DNA of 64,000 bases from Octopus bimaculoides. Taxonomy: Eukaryota. The position numbers were made by a program, and so were the translations under genes. Where the stretch lies: assembly GCF_001194135.2 (NCBI RefSeq), contig NC_068990.1:65187479-65251478 (forward strand), written 5' to 3'. Positions 38,075 through 51,081 of this stretch are shown in pieces. Below the pieces are notes generated by a model. The model was given only the letters and a program-made list of their open reading frames with translations, was not told the origin of the DNA and searched no databases. Every line of letters begins with the position of its first letter. The stretch's first letter is position 1.

Positions 38075-41000
38075 TGTTATTCATAGTGAAACGATTCACC
38101 AGCATAACAGTTTTAGAGTTGTCACCAATTTAATAATTTTAAATATTTGTAATGAAGTTAGTTGTCGCATGTTTGAATGTAACAATGTCCCAATATAATG
38201 TGCAAATAGGTGCATGTAGAAATAAATGTCAGAAGGCATGTTTTGTTGATAAAGCATAGTAATTTATTTGGGATTGTTGACAAGTGCTGAACAAGATAAG
38301 CATATATCTGTAGGAGTCAGAGGGAGTTAACTTACAATTGCACAAGTAGGTTAGAAGTTTGCAGTGCTAAGGATGTAAGAAAAATGAACAGGCAATAGCC
38401 GGTGGTATGAAGGCTGGTGTGAAATGACAAGATCTGTCTGCTGTTGGTTGTGCAGCTCTATTCGCTGATGGTTGTGGTGTTGAGTTCTTCTGGTGACACT
38501 GCCAAAAGGTGTGTTCTGATGACTGCTGCTTTTATAGGTACACAACCAGCTCTGATTGGCTGCCTCTGCCAAAGCACAACTGTGCTAATCCGTGATAACG
38601 AAATATGGCTTCCTTGACTCACTACATGACCCCACTTAAGACTAAGTTGATACATAAAAAAAAAAACAAATGCAAGCATGCAAGAAATATGAGACAGTAA
38701 CAGGCACTAAGGGCCAGCTCATATATATATATAGAGTCTCGTAAAGTCTCTGGGTCCACTGTGTGGAGTGGTGTGTGTAAGAGGTCTGTAGTGCAATAAC
38801 CAACCTGATACCAGGTTTTGTGCTACAGAGTAAAAGATATCAATTAGTGGCATAGCATCAGGACAGTGAGGGAAAATGAAAGTGTATCCGAGATTGACGG
38901 GCCAGGGTCCAAGTGGATGTGATGGAAGTGAGTTGGGGATGACAAGGTGTGTGCAAATGAATGTAAGCACTGTGGACGTTAGGTAGCAGAGGTGACAGAG
39001 TAAGCAGGGCTTCAAAAACAGCTCATTGATGAGTCAGTGGGATGCAGAGACAAGGCGAAACTTGAAACATCACACAGGATCTGCAAAGGTTGGCACGGGT
39101 GAATAGGGAATTTGCACATCGCAAATTTGAGTGAGTCCAGCGGAGGTAAGAAGTTTGCAAGTGTTGCTGATGAAAGGACTGTAAACAGCACTGGTTACAG
39201 TGTCTAATGCATTAACCACCAGCAAAGGCATTGCATCGGAGACATGGTATGCAACGAGGGATGCTATAAAGAGAGTGTCTTCCACTATTAAAAACCTGAG
39301 TTAAGCAGGTGCCAGCGAATCAAAGTCATTCTTTATACAGCATGTCTGGAGAAGTGCGATGACTTGAGACAGAAGTCTCGTGGCAGTCAAGAAGGAAATG
39401 GCAATGGTGTGACCAATGGCAGCAAGCAAGAGAATTCATCCCAAACAAGGCAAGACATGCATGTTGAGTATGGCTGTGCATGCGCAAGGTATGACTAAAA
39501 AACAATGAAGAATAAAGGCAGTAATATTGAAGACATTTGCTCAGGTACTGTTATATATATATATATATATATATANNNNNNNNNNNNNNNNNNNNNNNNN
39601 NNNNNNNNNNNNNNNNNNNNNNNNNNNNNNNNNNNNNNNNNNNNNNNNNNNNNNNNNNNNNNNNNNNNNNNNNNNNNNNNNNNNNNNNNNNNNNNNNNNN
39701 NNNNNNNNNNNNNNNNNNNNNNNNNNNNNNNNNNNNNNNNNNNNNNNNNNNNNNNNNNNNNNNNNNNNNNNNNNNNNNNNNNNNNNNNNNNNNNNNNNNN
39801 NNNNNNNNNNNNNNNNNNNNNNNNNNNNNNNNNNNNNNNNNNNNNNNNNNNNNNNNNNNNNNNNNNNNNNNNNNNNNNNNNNNNNNNNNNNNNNNNNNNN
39901 NNNNNNNNNNNNNNNNNNNNNNNNNNNNNNNNNNNNNNNNNNNNNNNNNNNNNNNNNNNNNNNNNNNNNNNNNNNNNNNNNNNNNNNNNNNNNNNNNNNN
40001 NNNNNNNNNNNNNNNNNNNNGCAGTAATATTGAAGACATTTGCTCAGGTACTGTTATATATATATATATATATATATAGGGTTTGCAATGAAGTTCCCCC
40101 TGTTTTTTAAATTAAAATTTTTTAAAAGGTTTAATAAAAAATAACAACCTATTAATAATGTATTCACCCTTGTTGTTTACAACTTCTTCCCAACGTTCAA
40201 CAAGATTTTCAATACCTTGTTGGTAGAAATCACCCGATTTCAACTCGAAAAATTGATCCAACCAAGCTCTCAATTCTGCATCAGTATTGAACGAAACTGC
40301 GCATAGCATTTGAAAGAGGTCGAAATCTGTTGGTGCCAAATCAGGAGAGTACAGTAGGTGTGGCAGCACTTCTCAGCCATGCATTTGAATGGCTTCCTTG
40401 GTCATATTGGCAATATGAGAGCGGGCATTGTCATGCAGCAGAAGAATTCCATGCTGCTGATTTGGTCTTTTCTCTTGAATAGCCGTGTTGAGTCGTTTCA
40501 TCTGTTGAACATAGAGTTCTGTGTTGACCGTTTGGTTCTGTTCAAGCAATTCATAATGGATAATCCCTTCCCAGTACCACCATATGCACAATATTGTTTT
40601 ACGCGGATGAAGATCTTGTTTCACGCGCGGTGTCGCTTGTTTACCGGGGCTAAGCTATTCCTTACGCTGCTTCATATTGATGTACAGGCACCATTTTTCG
40701 TCACCAATAATGATTTGGTAAAGAAATCGTTGCTTGTGTCCATGAGTTAAGTAGTGACAAACAAGCAAACCAGTGGAGATTGTAACTCGTTGATTTTTTT
40801 TACTGTCACTTAAAGCATGCGGAACCCATGCTCCATACTTCCGAACCTCTCCCATCTATAGCAGTGTCGAAGCATTCCATTTTCTCTGCCAGTTCCTTTG
40901 TTTGACGAGAATTTTCGTGCAAAAGCTGGTTTAATCACTCTTCATAAAACTCAACTGTATGGCCAGAACAAGGTGTGTCTTTGAGGTCAAAATTTCAATT

Positions 41001-42055
41001 TTTGAACATGGCATACCAATCATGAGTGGTTCTTTCAGCTATGGCACCCTCTCCATACACAGCACAAATGTCGCGAGCAACTTTTGCGGCCTTAGAACCT
41101 TGATTAAAAGCAAAATGAAGGAGGTGTCGAAAATGCTCATTTTTCTTAACTTGACATTCCATTTTAATGATCTGCAAATAAACAAAAATTAACTAAACTT
41201 AACTAGAAAAAAAAAACAAAAACAAAAAACAAAATAGATTCTAAAATTTAAAAACGCAATAAATTCCAAAATTAAAAAAAAACGGTGGGAACTTAGTTGC
41301 CAACCCAATAGTTTTTTGGTGGGGGGAAATACATCCTGAAAATAATATTCCATCATTCAGGAAGTCACCAATATAATAATTCGTGGTGTAATCGTTTTAG
41401 AGTTGTCATCAATTTAATAATTTTAAATGTTTGTAACAAAGTTGGTAGTTACGTGTTCGAATGTAACAATATCCCAATATAATGTACAAATAAGTGTATG
41501 TAGAAGTAAATGTCAGAAGGCATGTTTTGTTAAAGCATGATTTATTTGGGATTGATGACAAGTGCTGTGCAAAGTGAGTGTATATATGTAGGAGTCAGAG
41601 GGAAGCCATGAAAACTTACAATTGCACAAGTAGGTTAGAAGCTTGCAGTGCTAATGATGTAAAAACAAATAGACAATGACTGGTGGTATGAAGGCTGGTG
41701 TGAAATGTCAAGATCTGTCTGCTGTCAGTTGTGTAGATCTATCTACTGACAGTTGTCCAGATCTGTTCGCCAACAGTCGTGGAAATCTATTTGCTGATGG
41801 TTGTGCAGTGCTGTTCACTGACAGCTGTAGGATCTATTCACTGACGGTCATAGAGATCTGTTCACTGACAGTTGTGCAGCTCTTTGCTGATGGTCATGGC
41901 ATTTGAGGTCTTCTGCTGACTGACTGCCAAAAGGTGCACTCTACTATTCTGATCACTGCTGCATTTATAGGTACACAACCAGGTCTGACTGGTGCCATTG
42001 CCAAAGCACATCTGTGCTAATCTGCGATAACAAAATATGGCTTCCTTGATTCTTA
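38075..42055 (-). mobile_element. Old, internally deleted Ty3/Gypsy provirus with two LTRs and pol (integrase) remnants
   Basis: Direct repeats ~38075-38626 and ~41372-42055 carry, on the minus strand, TGTAGTGAG start (left copy), CCAAT and CTATAAAAG boxes (clearest in the left copy) and AATAAA. PBS-like TGGTGAC at 41370-41364; purine tract beside the left LTR. Integrase remnants ILCDVS..AVFEAL and GYTFIF..DAMPLIDI..SVAQNLVSGW at ~38720-39290. Confidence 0.75.
40079..41308 (-). mobile_element. Near full-length mariner (D,D34D) inside the Gypsy element
   Basis: TIR TA|TTGGGTTGGCAACTAAGTTCCCACC with a degenerate partner at 40079. Motifs WVPHAL, IIIGDEKW and HDNARSH...YSPDLAPTD with 34-residue spacing; stops and frameshifts. 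Confidence 0.92.
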
Positions 42056-42679
42056 AATCCGGCAAATTGGGGGCTTTCCATTGCCAGACCACTGAAAAAT
42101 TCCTGTAAACAGAAATTGACCCCTATAGAAATGGTCATACCATTTCTTTTCAGATATATATGGTCATCAGATAGGCCTAAGTCTACTTGCACATTAAGGA
42201 TATATTAGGTGCTGGAAAGTGGACTTTTGTATGCTAGAATGAGCCTTGCTTATTGTTGCAATGTAATTTGCTCTGGTGTTCAGGTAACTCCTTCATTTTG
42301 TTTGACTCAAATAAACTGGACATGATTTCTTGTTCTGTTATAAAGTCCCTTTGATTTAGTCTTGCTATTAAATCACTTGTCACGTATATTTATCTATAGA
42401 AAATCTTGGATCTTTTCTGTTTGGTTTTCACTTTTCACTTCCTTTAATTTTTTTCCAATTTGATGTACTGATGTAGTTTTGCATGTTAATTATGGAAATG
42501 AAAGTCATTTTTGCCACAAATTAATAAATTAAAAGTTAATAGCTTTCAAACTCTGCAAATGTTGGATAATTTTTGCCATTCAAAAGCCACAGATATTGGT
42601 GCCTGTTTCCATAGAAACAAGCCAAGTATAGTCTGCTTTCAACTATCTGTTACTGTTATTTCATTTAACCTTTCAAATA

Positions 42680-43420
42680 CGATGGAGAAATTGAAAACCA
42701 AGGAGGATGCAGTTTCTTACAAGAGGAAGGTATTATTTCTCAAAAAAAATTATGCACAAAGAACGTATGAAGACAAAGATTCATGGTCGGAACATTTACA
42801 GGTGGTGCTCCTGAAAAAGATGCAATGAATGTATGTCTGTCAGAAAAAATACATGGTTGAAAGATGACACCCTTCCTCTTAGGTCTGTACTGCTTTTCCT
42901 TTAGTCATGGGCTAAGGAATTGACTTCAGTCCAGTTTTGTGTTGAAGAACTAAGGATGAGCTACTGCACAGCTGTTGATTACAACAGCTATGTTCATGAA
43001 ATATGTACAGAAGACCTGCTCTGCACCCCAGTTCAGATTGGCGGTTCTGGGAAGATTGTTGAAATAGTCTTCTCATGATGTAAATATGTCCAAGAAAAAG
43101 GTCCTACCTGAGCAGTGGGTTTTCAGAGGAGTGTGTCACAAGACCAGACATCTTTTTCTTTGTGCAGTGTCATGTTGGAATTGCGACACACTGGGGGAAT
43201 GCATACATCAGTCACTTCTAAGAACCACAATTTTCAATGATTTGTGGAGGGCTTACTCTCACATTCCTGAAACTGATGGTTATAATTTTTGACATAGAAT
43301 AGCGAACCACAGTGTTGAATTTATTAACTTGAAAGCTGGTATCCATAAGCAACTAGTGGAAAGCACATGGGTCTCTGTAAAGCAAAGTAATAAATGATGC
43401 TGTAATACTGTTCTGTGGCT
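42680..43420 (+). mobile_element. Decayed Merlin (IS1595/ISXO2-like) transposase
   Basis: QIGGSGKIVEI, QWVFRGVCHKTRHLFL, TTIFNDLWRAY, ANHSVEF and HKQLVESTW are the ISXO2-type motifs in the expected order. Confidence 0.8.
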
Positions 43421-45190
43421 GGCTTGTATCTCTGAAAGTTTATGTGGCACAGGAGGTACAAAAATTGTAATTTATTTGACAAACTCCTAGAATGCAGACA
43501 CAAAAATTGTAATTTATTGAACAAACTCCTAAAATGCATCACAAAATTTCGTTTTTGAATTTTCACTACAAAATATGTATTATTTACATGAACTGAACTA
43601 TAGTTTTTTGCAATGTAATGTTCAGCTTTTTTTTTTAGTAATTTTTCACAAAAAAGAAAAAAATTCACACCTGTTCCAACATTTTAGATGACTTTATTCA
43701 TTAAATTTTAATAAAACTTGTCATTAAATGTATTGTCGAAATGTTATCACACACAAAATGCCAGCTTCCAAATCCCATTTTCTGATTGGATAAAAATTAT
43801 CAAACTTTAAAGCTCTGTGATATTTTTCTATCTTTCAATGCGTTCTGACACTAAACTTTTCTTACTACCATTTTCAACAAAACAATTTAAAAATTTGTTC
43901 CTTTTTGTTTCTTTAAATCAAACATAATTCATTCCCCTAGTACTCAACACAAAGTCTTTACAGATGTTCATTTTGTTAATTCCCTCGAAAACTCTACCTT
44001 TTTAAGCATGGATAATGATTTGTGTTTACACTTTATTAGTACCACCATTTTACAATGCTTGGTCTCTTGGATGACATCTTGAAGGATTAAGAAAAAAATC
44101 TTGTGAATATTCTAATTTAAGTATCAGAAAAAGAGCAGGATTGTATCACCAAATCACTGCAGTATATAGTTTGACACTTACTATCAATACAGCTCTAATG
44201 GCTGCAGATTCAAAATGTACCAAACTGTGGAATACCATATTTATTAAACATTGTGGGCAAACAAGTCAGAAATGTATTCTCATAAACCATATTATTAAAA
44301 ATGGTAAAGACCCCCTTCGGTTATGAATGACCATGGGATTGCACCTAGAAAGTTCCCCTTTCAAGACAAGTCCAAGCAAGGTTGCTTATGGAAAACCAGC
44401 AGTTGTCCATGCATATCAGCCTCCTCTCTTTGTGCCACTGATGTTATCAAAGGGAAAAGCAAAGGTTGATACAGCTTGGCATCAGTGATGTCGCTACTCA
44501 TCGTCAAGATCCTAAACTCGATGCTCTAACCATTGAGCCATGCACAAACAAATGTACAAACCATAAAGGAAAATATTCTTTTATATCATAATGGGATATA
44601 TGTACAATATCTTTTACATTCTTTCATGTATCTTTGTATATTCAGGTTTAAATTTCATGTATGTATCTCATGAGTGTAATGATTTATTGATGGCTCAGAT
44701 TTTTGTAATTCTACCCTTTATTTATTTATATCATGATTCCTTCTTAATGTCATGGCAAAACTGGATGTTAATTTCCAAATGTCAATATAACATCAAACTA
44801 AATGTAATTGTAAACAAGATATAAATTGTGAATCACCCTCATCAATATTTTACTGCTGTAACTTGCACAAGTCTGTCTTCAAGATATCTTCATTTATCTT
44901 ATTCTTTTATTGTTTTAACTGTGAAAATCATATTCCTAAATTCTGACCTTATTACTCCTGAATATTCTTGAAAACCTGAAAATTTAAATAAAGTCTATTT
45001 ACTCCTGATATTCTTCTATCATCTTAAATATAGAACATCTACCCAAAACTTGTACTGATACAACTATGAACACTTACATTTATCAATGGATGATAAATGT
45101 TGCTTATTTCTCTAAACTGATTGTCATTCATTGTTTCTGCTGAAGCCTCTGGAATGCACCTTGTATATTATATATATATATATATATATA

Positions 45191-45820
45191 TCATCATCAT
45201 CATCATCGTTTAACGTCCGCTTTCCATGCTAGCATGGGTTGGACGATTTGACTGAGGACTGGTGAAACCGGATGGCAACACCAGGCTCCAGTCTAATTTG
45301 GCAGAGTTTCTACAGCTGGATGCCCTTCCTAACGCCAACCACTCAGAGAGTGTAGTGGGTGCTTTTACGTGTCACCCGCACGAAAACGGCCACGCTCGAA
45401 ATGGTGTCTTTNNNNNNNNNNNNNNNNNNNNNNNNNNNNNNNNNNNNNNNNNNNNNNNNNNNNNNNNNNNNNNNNNNNNNNNNNNNNNNNNNNNNNNNNN
45501 NNNCCAGTCCAGGGGCACTGGCAACGATCTCGCTCGAAAATCCTACGGGAGCCAGTCAGGCGGTACTGGCAACGGCCACGCTCAAAATGGTGCATCTCAT
45601 GTGCACCCGCACAAGAACCAGTCCAGGGGCACTGGCAACGATCTTACTTGGCTTGCCGAGTCTTCTCACGCACAGCACATTTCCAAAGGTCTCGGTCAGT
45701 AGTCATCGCCTCGATGAGGCCCAATGTACGAAGGTCTTGCCTCACCACCTCAGCCCAGGTCTTCCTGGGCCTACCTCTTCCACGGGTTCCCTCAACTGTT
45801 AGGGTGTGGCACTTTTTCAC
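45191..45820 (-). mobile_element. RTE-type LINE 3' portion including ORF C-terminus
   Basis: KKCHTLTVEGTRGRGRPRKTWAEVVRQDLRTLGLIEAMTTDRDLWKCAV is an RTE-type C-terminus; (gat)n tail; (AT)n on both flanks. Confidence 0.9.
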
Positions 45821-48044
45821 ATATATATATATGCATATGTGGATATAGGATGTTACCAAAAGTAAACAACATGAAATATGAAAACAAATGAGTTAAATAT
45901 GCAAACAACGAGAGAAAAAATGGGAAACAGGACAAGTAACACAAAGAACGACACTTCATCAGTTGTCGGCTGTCTATCTACTCCTCATTTCTAGCAGTCA
46001 ACAACAATATGAATCTTCAAAGACAGTTGCTCCCATAATTACCAAAATAAAATTTTGGATTTATGGAGGGTCAAAGTTGGGAACAAAAACAGGACAATGG
46101 AGACATACAAGGAAACTGAACGTAAACAAACATGGAGGGTTGTTAGACCAGAACGAGGGTAAAATATCGAATGCTGGAGAAATATTTTCTAACCACTATT
46201 TCTGTCACTATGCATCCCTTTCTCTTCCCACTAGACTTTACATCATCTCCATATTTCTCATCAATTTACACTTTTATACAGTTGCTATTTCCCCAACCCT
46301 TTATATACTGTCACTTATCTCCTCTTCCCCAACCCACTTTTATTTTCCTTCACCATTGACCACATTTCCACTTTTGTTCACCATTCACCTCTATCTCCAT
46401 CTCTAACTATCTGTCACTCTCCTTTCACACTTTCATGAACCTACACATCCATCCTCAATTCCACCTGTTCTCCCTGTATCCACCTTCTTGTATCTTGAGA
46501 GTACATGCTGATACCTCATCTCCACTATCTTTTATCCCTTTTCAGCTGAGGTTGTGATGTATCTTCTTTATTGGTCCTGTTCCTATTTCATACTTCAACC
46601 TCTAAATATCTGGCACAAAACCATGTCACTACAGCACCCAAACTCAGTTTTCTTGGGAGTTACTTAATGACCTCACTAGTGATGCCGCCATGTAAAAAGC
46701 ACTCAGTACACTCTGTTAAGTGGTTGGTGTCAGGATGGTCAGCCAGCCATAGAAACCATACCAAAGAAAACACTGGAGCTCAATGCAATTCTCTGTTGGA
46801 TTGTTCAACCAGCATGGAATGCACATATCAAATAATGATGATGGTCTGATGAAATATATTTTATAATGTTTTTTCTATGTTTGTAGCATAATAACAGTAC
46901 AATGGTGTTATCCCTCTTATATGAGAATATATTTCTCAGCCATTTACAATGTTAAATAAGAGCATCTTTTCTCCTTGAAGAAAACACCATACTTATTCGT
47001 GATGTTTAATATTCACTTGTGTATAATGTGGACCTATAAGTATGGGTAAGAAAATTCAAGAAAAGAATACATCTCATATATAATAAACACTGACATTATT
47101 TTAGTATAATGTTTTATGTAAAAAGAAGTGTTTAGCAACTTTATTATTATCATTACTGTCTAAAATTCATTGAAAAAGTTCAAACATCCTAAATGAAACA
47201 AGTTAGAAAGTGATCTTTCAACTTTACTGGCTTAAGGCTCTTGCTGTAAAGTCAATGTGGAAATTACAAGATCATTTTGAGAATCCTGAATGATTTTATT
47301 AAAACTATCACCAATGTAGATATAACTGTGGTTATATAAACTACACTGTTTGGAAGTTATCACACTGTTGTATTTTCTTTTTCTGTGAATATATTTATGG
47401 TTATATAAAATACATTTTTTTCATAAACTCTATGTTACTTGATTGAGAAAAATAATTACCACAGATATTACTGGATTACGTTTTGTCTCTTGTGTGAAAG
47501 CACTTGCGTAGTTGAATGATTTGTTGCAAAGAATGATATACAAAATATTACAGTAACATGGTTTCTTATCTGTATAAGTATGTTAGCAGTCAATCAAGTA
47601 ACTATTGAGTGAACAGAATGGTTGTGAGTAGTTAACCTTCTTTCAGATAAAGATTTATTGTCACCATCACAATATGGTTTCTCTCCGCTTTGAATAAATT
47701 TGTGCTTAGTTACATTACTAATTTGATTAAATGATTTACTACAGATACTGTCTCTCTCCTGCATGAATACATTTGCAAATGATTAAATGGCTGGCTTGAG
47801 AGAACAATATACCACAGGATATGGTTTTTCACTTATAATTTTGTGTATGACTATGTCTGTTATGTATAGTTATGTAACTTGATTGAGAGAATTATCAATG
47901 AAAGATATCACAATGATATGGGTTTTTTTCCCCCTTTATGAGTGCGTATGTGAAGTTATGCAACTTTTTCAGGGAATGATTTGTCAGAGATACTAGTGAT
48001 GTGGTTTCTCTTCTGTATGAATATTTTAGCAGTTAAACAAGTTA

Positions 48045-49463
48045 CTACTGAATAATTGAATAAATATTGTTTTGTTTTGGTTTTTCTCCTCTATGAATAT
48101 GTTTGTGTTTAGATAAGAACCTTCCTTCAGAGAATGATTTACCACAACTATCACAATGGTATGGCTTCTCTCCTGTGTGAATACGTTTGTGTTTAGTTAC
48201 ATCACTATTTTGGTAGAAAGATTTACCACAAATATCACAGTGATATGGTTTCTCACCAGTGTGAATACGTTTGTGAATAGTTAAATGACTGGTTTGGGAG
48301 AACGATTTACCACACACATCACAGTGATAGGGCTTCTCTCCTGTGTGAATGTGCTTGTGAGTAGTTAAGTGACCTGCTTGAGAAAATGAAATACCACATA
48401 TATCACAGTGATATGGCTTCTCTCCTGTATGTATATGTCTGTGTTTAGATAAGTTACTTCTTCCAGAGAATGATTTACCACAGATATCACAGTGATAGGG
48501 TTTCTCACCAGTATGAATGCGCTTGTGAGAGGTTAAGTAGCTTGTTTCAGCAAATGATTTACCACAGATATCACAATGGTATGGTTTTTCACTTGTATTT
48601 TTGTGTTTTTCTTCTGTATGAATACGTCTGTTGTGTATAGTTATGTAACTTGATTGAGAGAATGATTTACCACAGATATCACAGTGATATGGTTTTTCCC
48701 CTGTATGAATACGTTTGTGAGTAGTTAAATGACATTTTTCAGGGAATGATTTACCACAGATATCACAGTGATGTGGCTTCTCACCTGTATGAGTACGTTT
48801 GTGAGAAGTAACATGAACTCTTTGAAAGAAGGACTTACCACAGATATCACAGTGATATGGCTTCTCTCCTATATGAATGTACTTGTGTTTAGTTAAATTG
48901 CCTCCTACGGAGAATGATTTACCACAAATGTCACAGTGATATGGAGTTTCTCCTGTATGAATGCGCTTATGAGTAATTAAATGACTTCTTGTAGAGAATG
49001 ATTTACCACATGTATCACAGTGATAGGGTTTCTCTCCAGTATGAATGAATTTATGTTTATTTAATTTACCTCCTTCAGAGAATGATTTACCACAGATATC
49101 ACAATGATATGGAGTTTCTCCTGTATGAATACGTTTGTGAGTATTTAAGTGACTTTTTGTGGAGAATGAGTAACCACAGATATCACAGTGATATGGTTTT
49201 TCTCCAGTATGAATACGTTTGTGAGTTGTTAAAGGACTTCTTTGAGAAAATGATTTACCACAGATATCACAATGATATGGTTTCTCTCCTGTGTGAATAC
49301 GTTTGTGAGTAGTGAGGTGACCTTTTTGAGAGAATGGTTTATTACAGATATCACAGAGGTATAAAGATTTCCTTATCTCTTGTAGCATCATGTTATCAGG
49401 AAAATCAATTTGTTTGGTTTGCGTTATACATTTAACCTGATTCTCACATAATTCATTTTCCAT
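48045..49463 (-). CDS. C2H2 zinc-finger protein, 472 aa, 15 fingers, short N-terminal leader
   Basis: Intact ORF; finger 9 is HxxxxH with a long linker [13 protein letters not shown]. Probable acceptor at 49769 and exon-1 donor GG|GTAAGT at 51082. Confidence 0.95.
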   Translation of the reverse strand: MENELCENQVKCITQTKQIDFPDNMMLQEIRKSLYLCDICNKPFSQKGHLTTHKRIHTGEKPYHCDICGKSFSQRSPLTTHKRIHTGEKPYHCDICGYSFSTKSHLNTHKRIHTGETPYHCDICGKSFSEGGKLNKHKFIHTGEKPYHCDTCGKSFSTRSHLITHKRIHTGETPYHCDICGKSFSVGGNLTKHKYIHIGEKPYHCDICGKSFFQRVHVTSHKRTHTGEKPHHCDICGKSFPEKCHLTTHKRIHTGEKPYHCDICGKSFSQSSYITIHNRRIHTEEKHKNTSEKPYHCDICGKSFAETSYLTSHKRIHTGEKPYHCDICGKSFSGRSNLSKHRHIHTGEKPYHCDICGISFSQAGHLTTHKHIHTGEKPYHCDVCGKSFSQTSHLTIHKRIHTGEKPYHCDICGKSFYQNSDVTKHKRIHTGEKPYHCDSCGKSFSEGRFLSKHKHIHRGEKPKQNNIYSIIQ

Positions 49464-51081
49464 AATTTTTCTTCTTCCACGACAGCATATTTTCCTCTTT
49501 TCTTTTATCTTGTATTCCTAACAGATATGTCTACTGCTATATTTCTATCAGTTGAGATCTTTGTCAACATCTGAAGCTGCTGTGAACTCCTTAGTAAATA
49601 AGTCCAAATTTTTATCTCGTACATCTTCTAAACAGTAACTCAGTCACAGATTTATATAAACAGGGTTATATCTATTCTGTATGACATCATCCTTCAGTCT
49701 TTAAAAGATGTTAATATTCTTGAAGCATCTGATGGAAAAATTCTTCAATACCAAATGCCATCTAATATCCTGAAATAATAGAGAAACAGTATAAGATTAA
49801 GCAGGTACTTAAATTGTGGAGATTCGACAATAGAGATTTTACAACAGTTCTATATTGGAAAATTAGATATAAACTTTTCTTTGAACAATTAAACTTTAAG
49901 TTTTAATCTGTTATATAAAAAAAATACATCATAAATACATGCAAACCTTGCATAAAATCTATATATTTACAATCGACATCTACACCTTCAGATTATAAAC
50001 GTTAAAACTACAGAATAGTAGATAATAACATTGTTTTCTCTCTAGAAACATTATTGAGTTTCTTACTCTTGTCCAACCCTGAATGAGCAAGCCTGTGAGA
50101 TAAAGCATACCAGCTATGATCATACTATTTTAAGAAAGCAATGTGTAATTTGAGAGAAATCTAGTTGCTATTTCTTGCAGGTCAAGTAACAAAATAACAG
50201 GTTCCTCAGAGAATCATGGATTCTGGAAATTTTTCTGAAAATATTTGGAAATGCAACATACTGACAGTGAAGAGGAGAGTTGAGGTAAATGTGGAGTTGC
50301 TACAAGCAAACAGAAGGTCAACAGAGATGTGTGGGGAACAAGGCCTGTACTATTTATTAGGCAAACTAGGTGATTGTCCAGGATGCTAAAATCTGAGGTC
50401 AATGCGCATATTCTGAACAACTTCTCAAAATTCCTCAATCCAACTAAAAACACAAATTCTTAGTAACAAAGTGAACATGAGAGAACACTTCTGAAACACA
50501 GGCGGATGGAGGAGAGGGAAGATGAAATGGTTAGATGTGTCATGGTTTGGCAAATAACAGATTTACTTGTTAAATAACATTTTCATTATATTATCATCAT
50601 GTATATGATAATAATTTACATATCATTACAATAATATGTAAATTACTATTATATGCATGATAATAATACCAGAGGTTTCTGATATTATTCATTATAATTT
50701 TTTTCAACAGCACTTTTCAGCATGAGTCAAACTCTAAAACAGATTAAGTAAAAAATATTAGTAATGCTAATTATTTAAAAATTTTGTTCAGTAATGTAAA
50801 CACTTTTATGAGTGGTAAATTTGATGAAGTGAAAAGAAAAATTGAGGAAATGAACTTTTATCATGTCATTGCAATTTTAGAAATCAACTCAAGTTATGAG
50901 ACTATGAGACAGTATTTTCAGAATATTTGGTACAAAGATAAAAATCAATGAAAAAAAATAAAACAATGAAAAAGTCAGCTTACTTTATGATGACAATGAT
51001 GATGATGATCATCAAATGACATTGTGCGTATATATGTTTAAACACAGTTAATTCTGTCATCTGTTAATCTCCTAAACTTAC

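Noticed and set aside
39519-40078. Identical gcagtaatattgaagacatttgctcaggtactgtt(at)n on both sides of a gap
   Set aside because: Typical unmerged contig overlap at a microsatellite; likely an assembly artefact rather than a duplication or TSD.
43458-43545. 42-bp tandem duplication after the Merlin fragment
   Set aside because: Real but ordinary slippage-type duplication with no further structure.
45940-46000. CTGATGAAG on the minus strand (also + at ~39168 and ~54291) as hammerhead ribozyme cores
   Set aside because: No stem II followed by GAAA at a usable distance.
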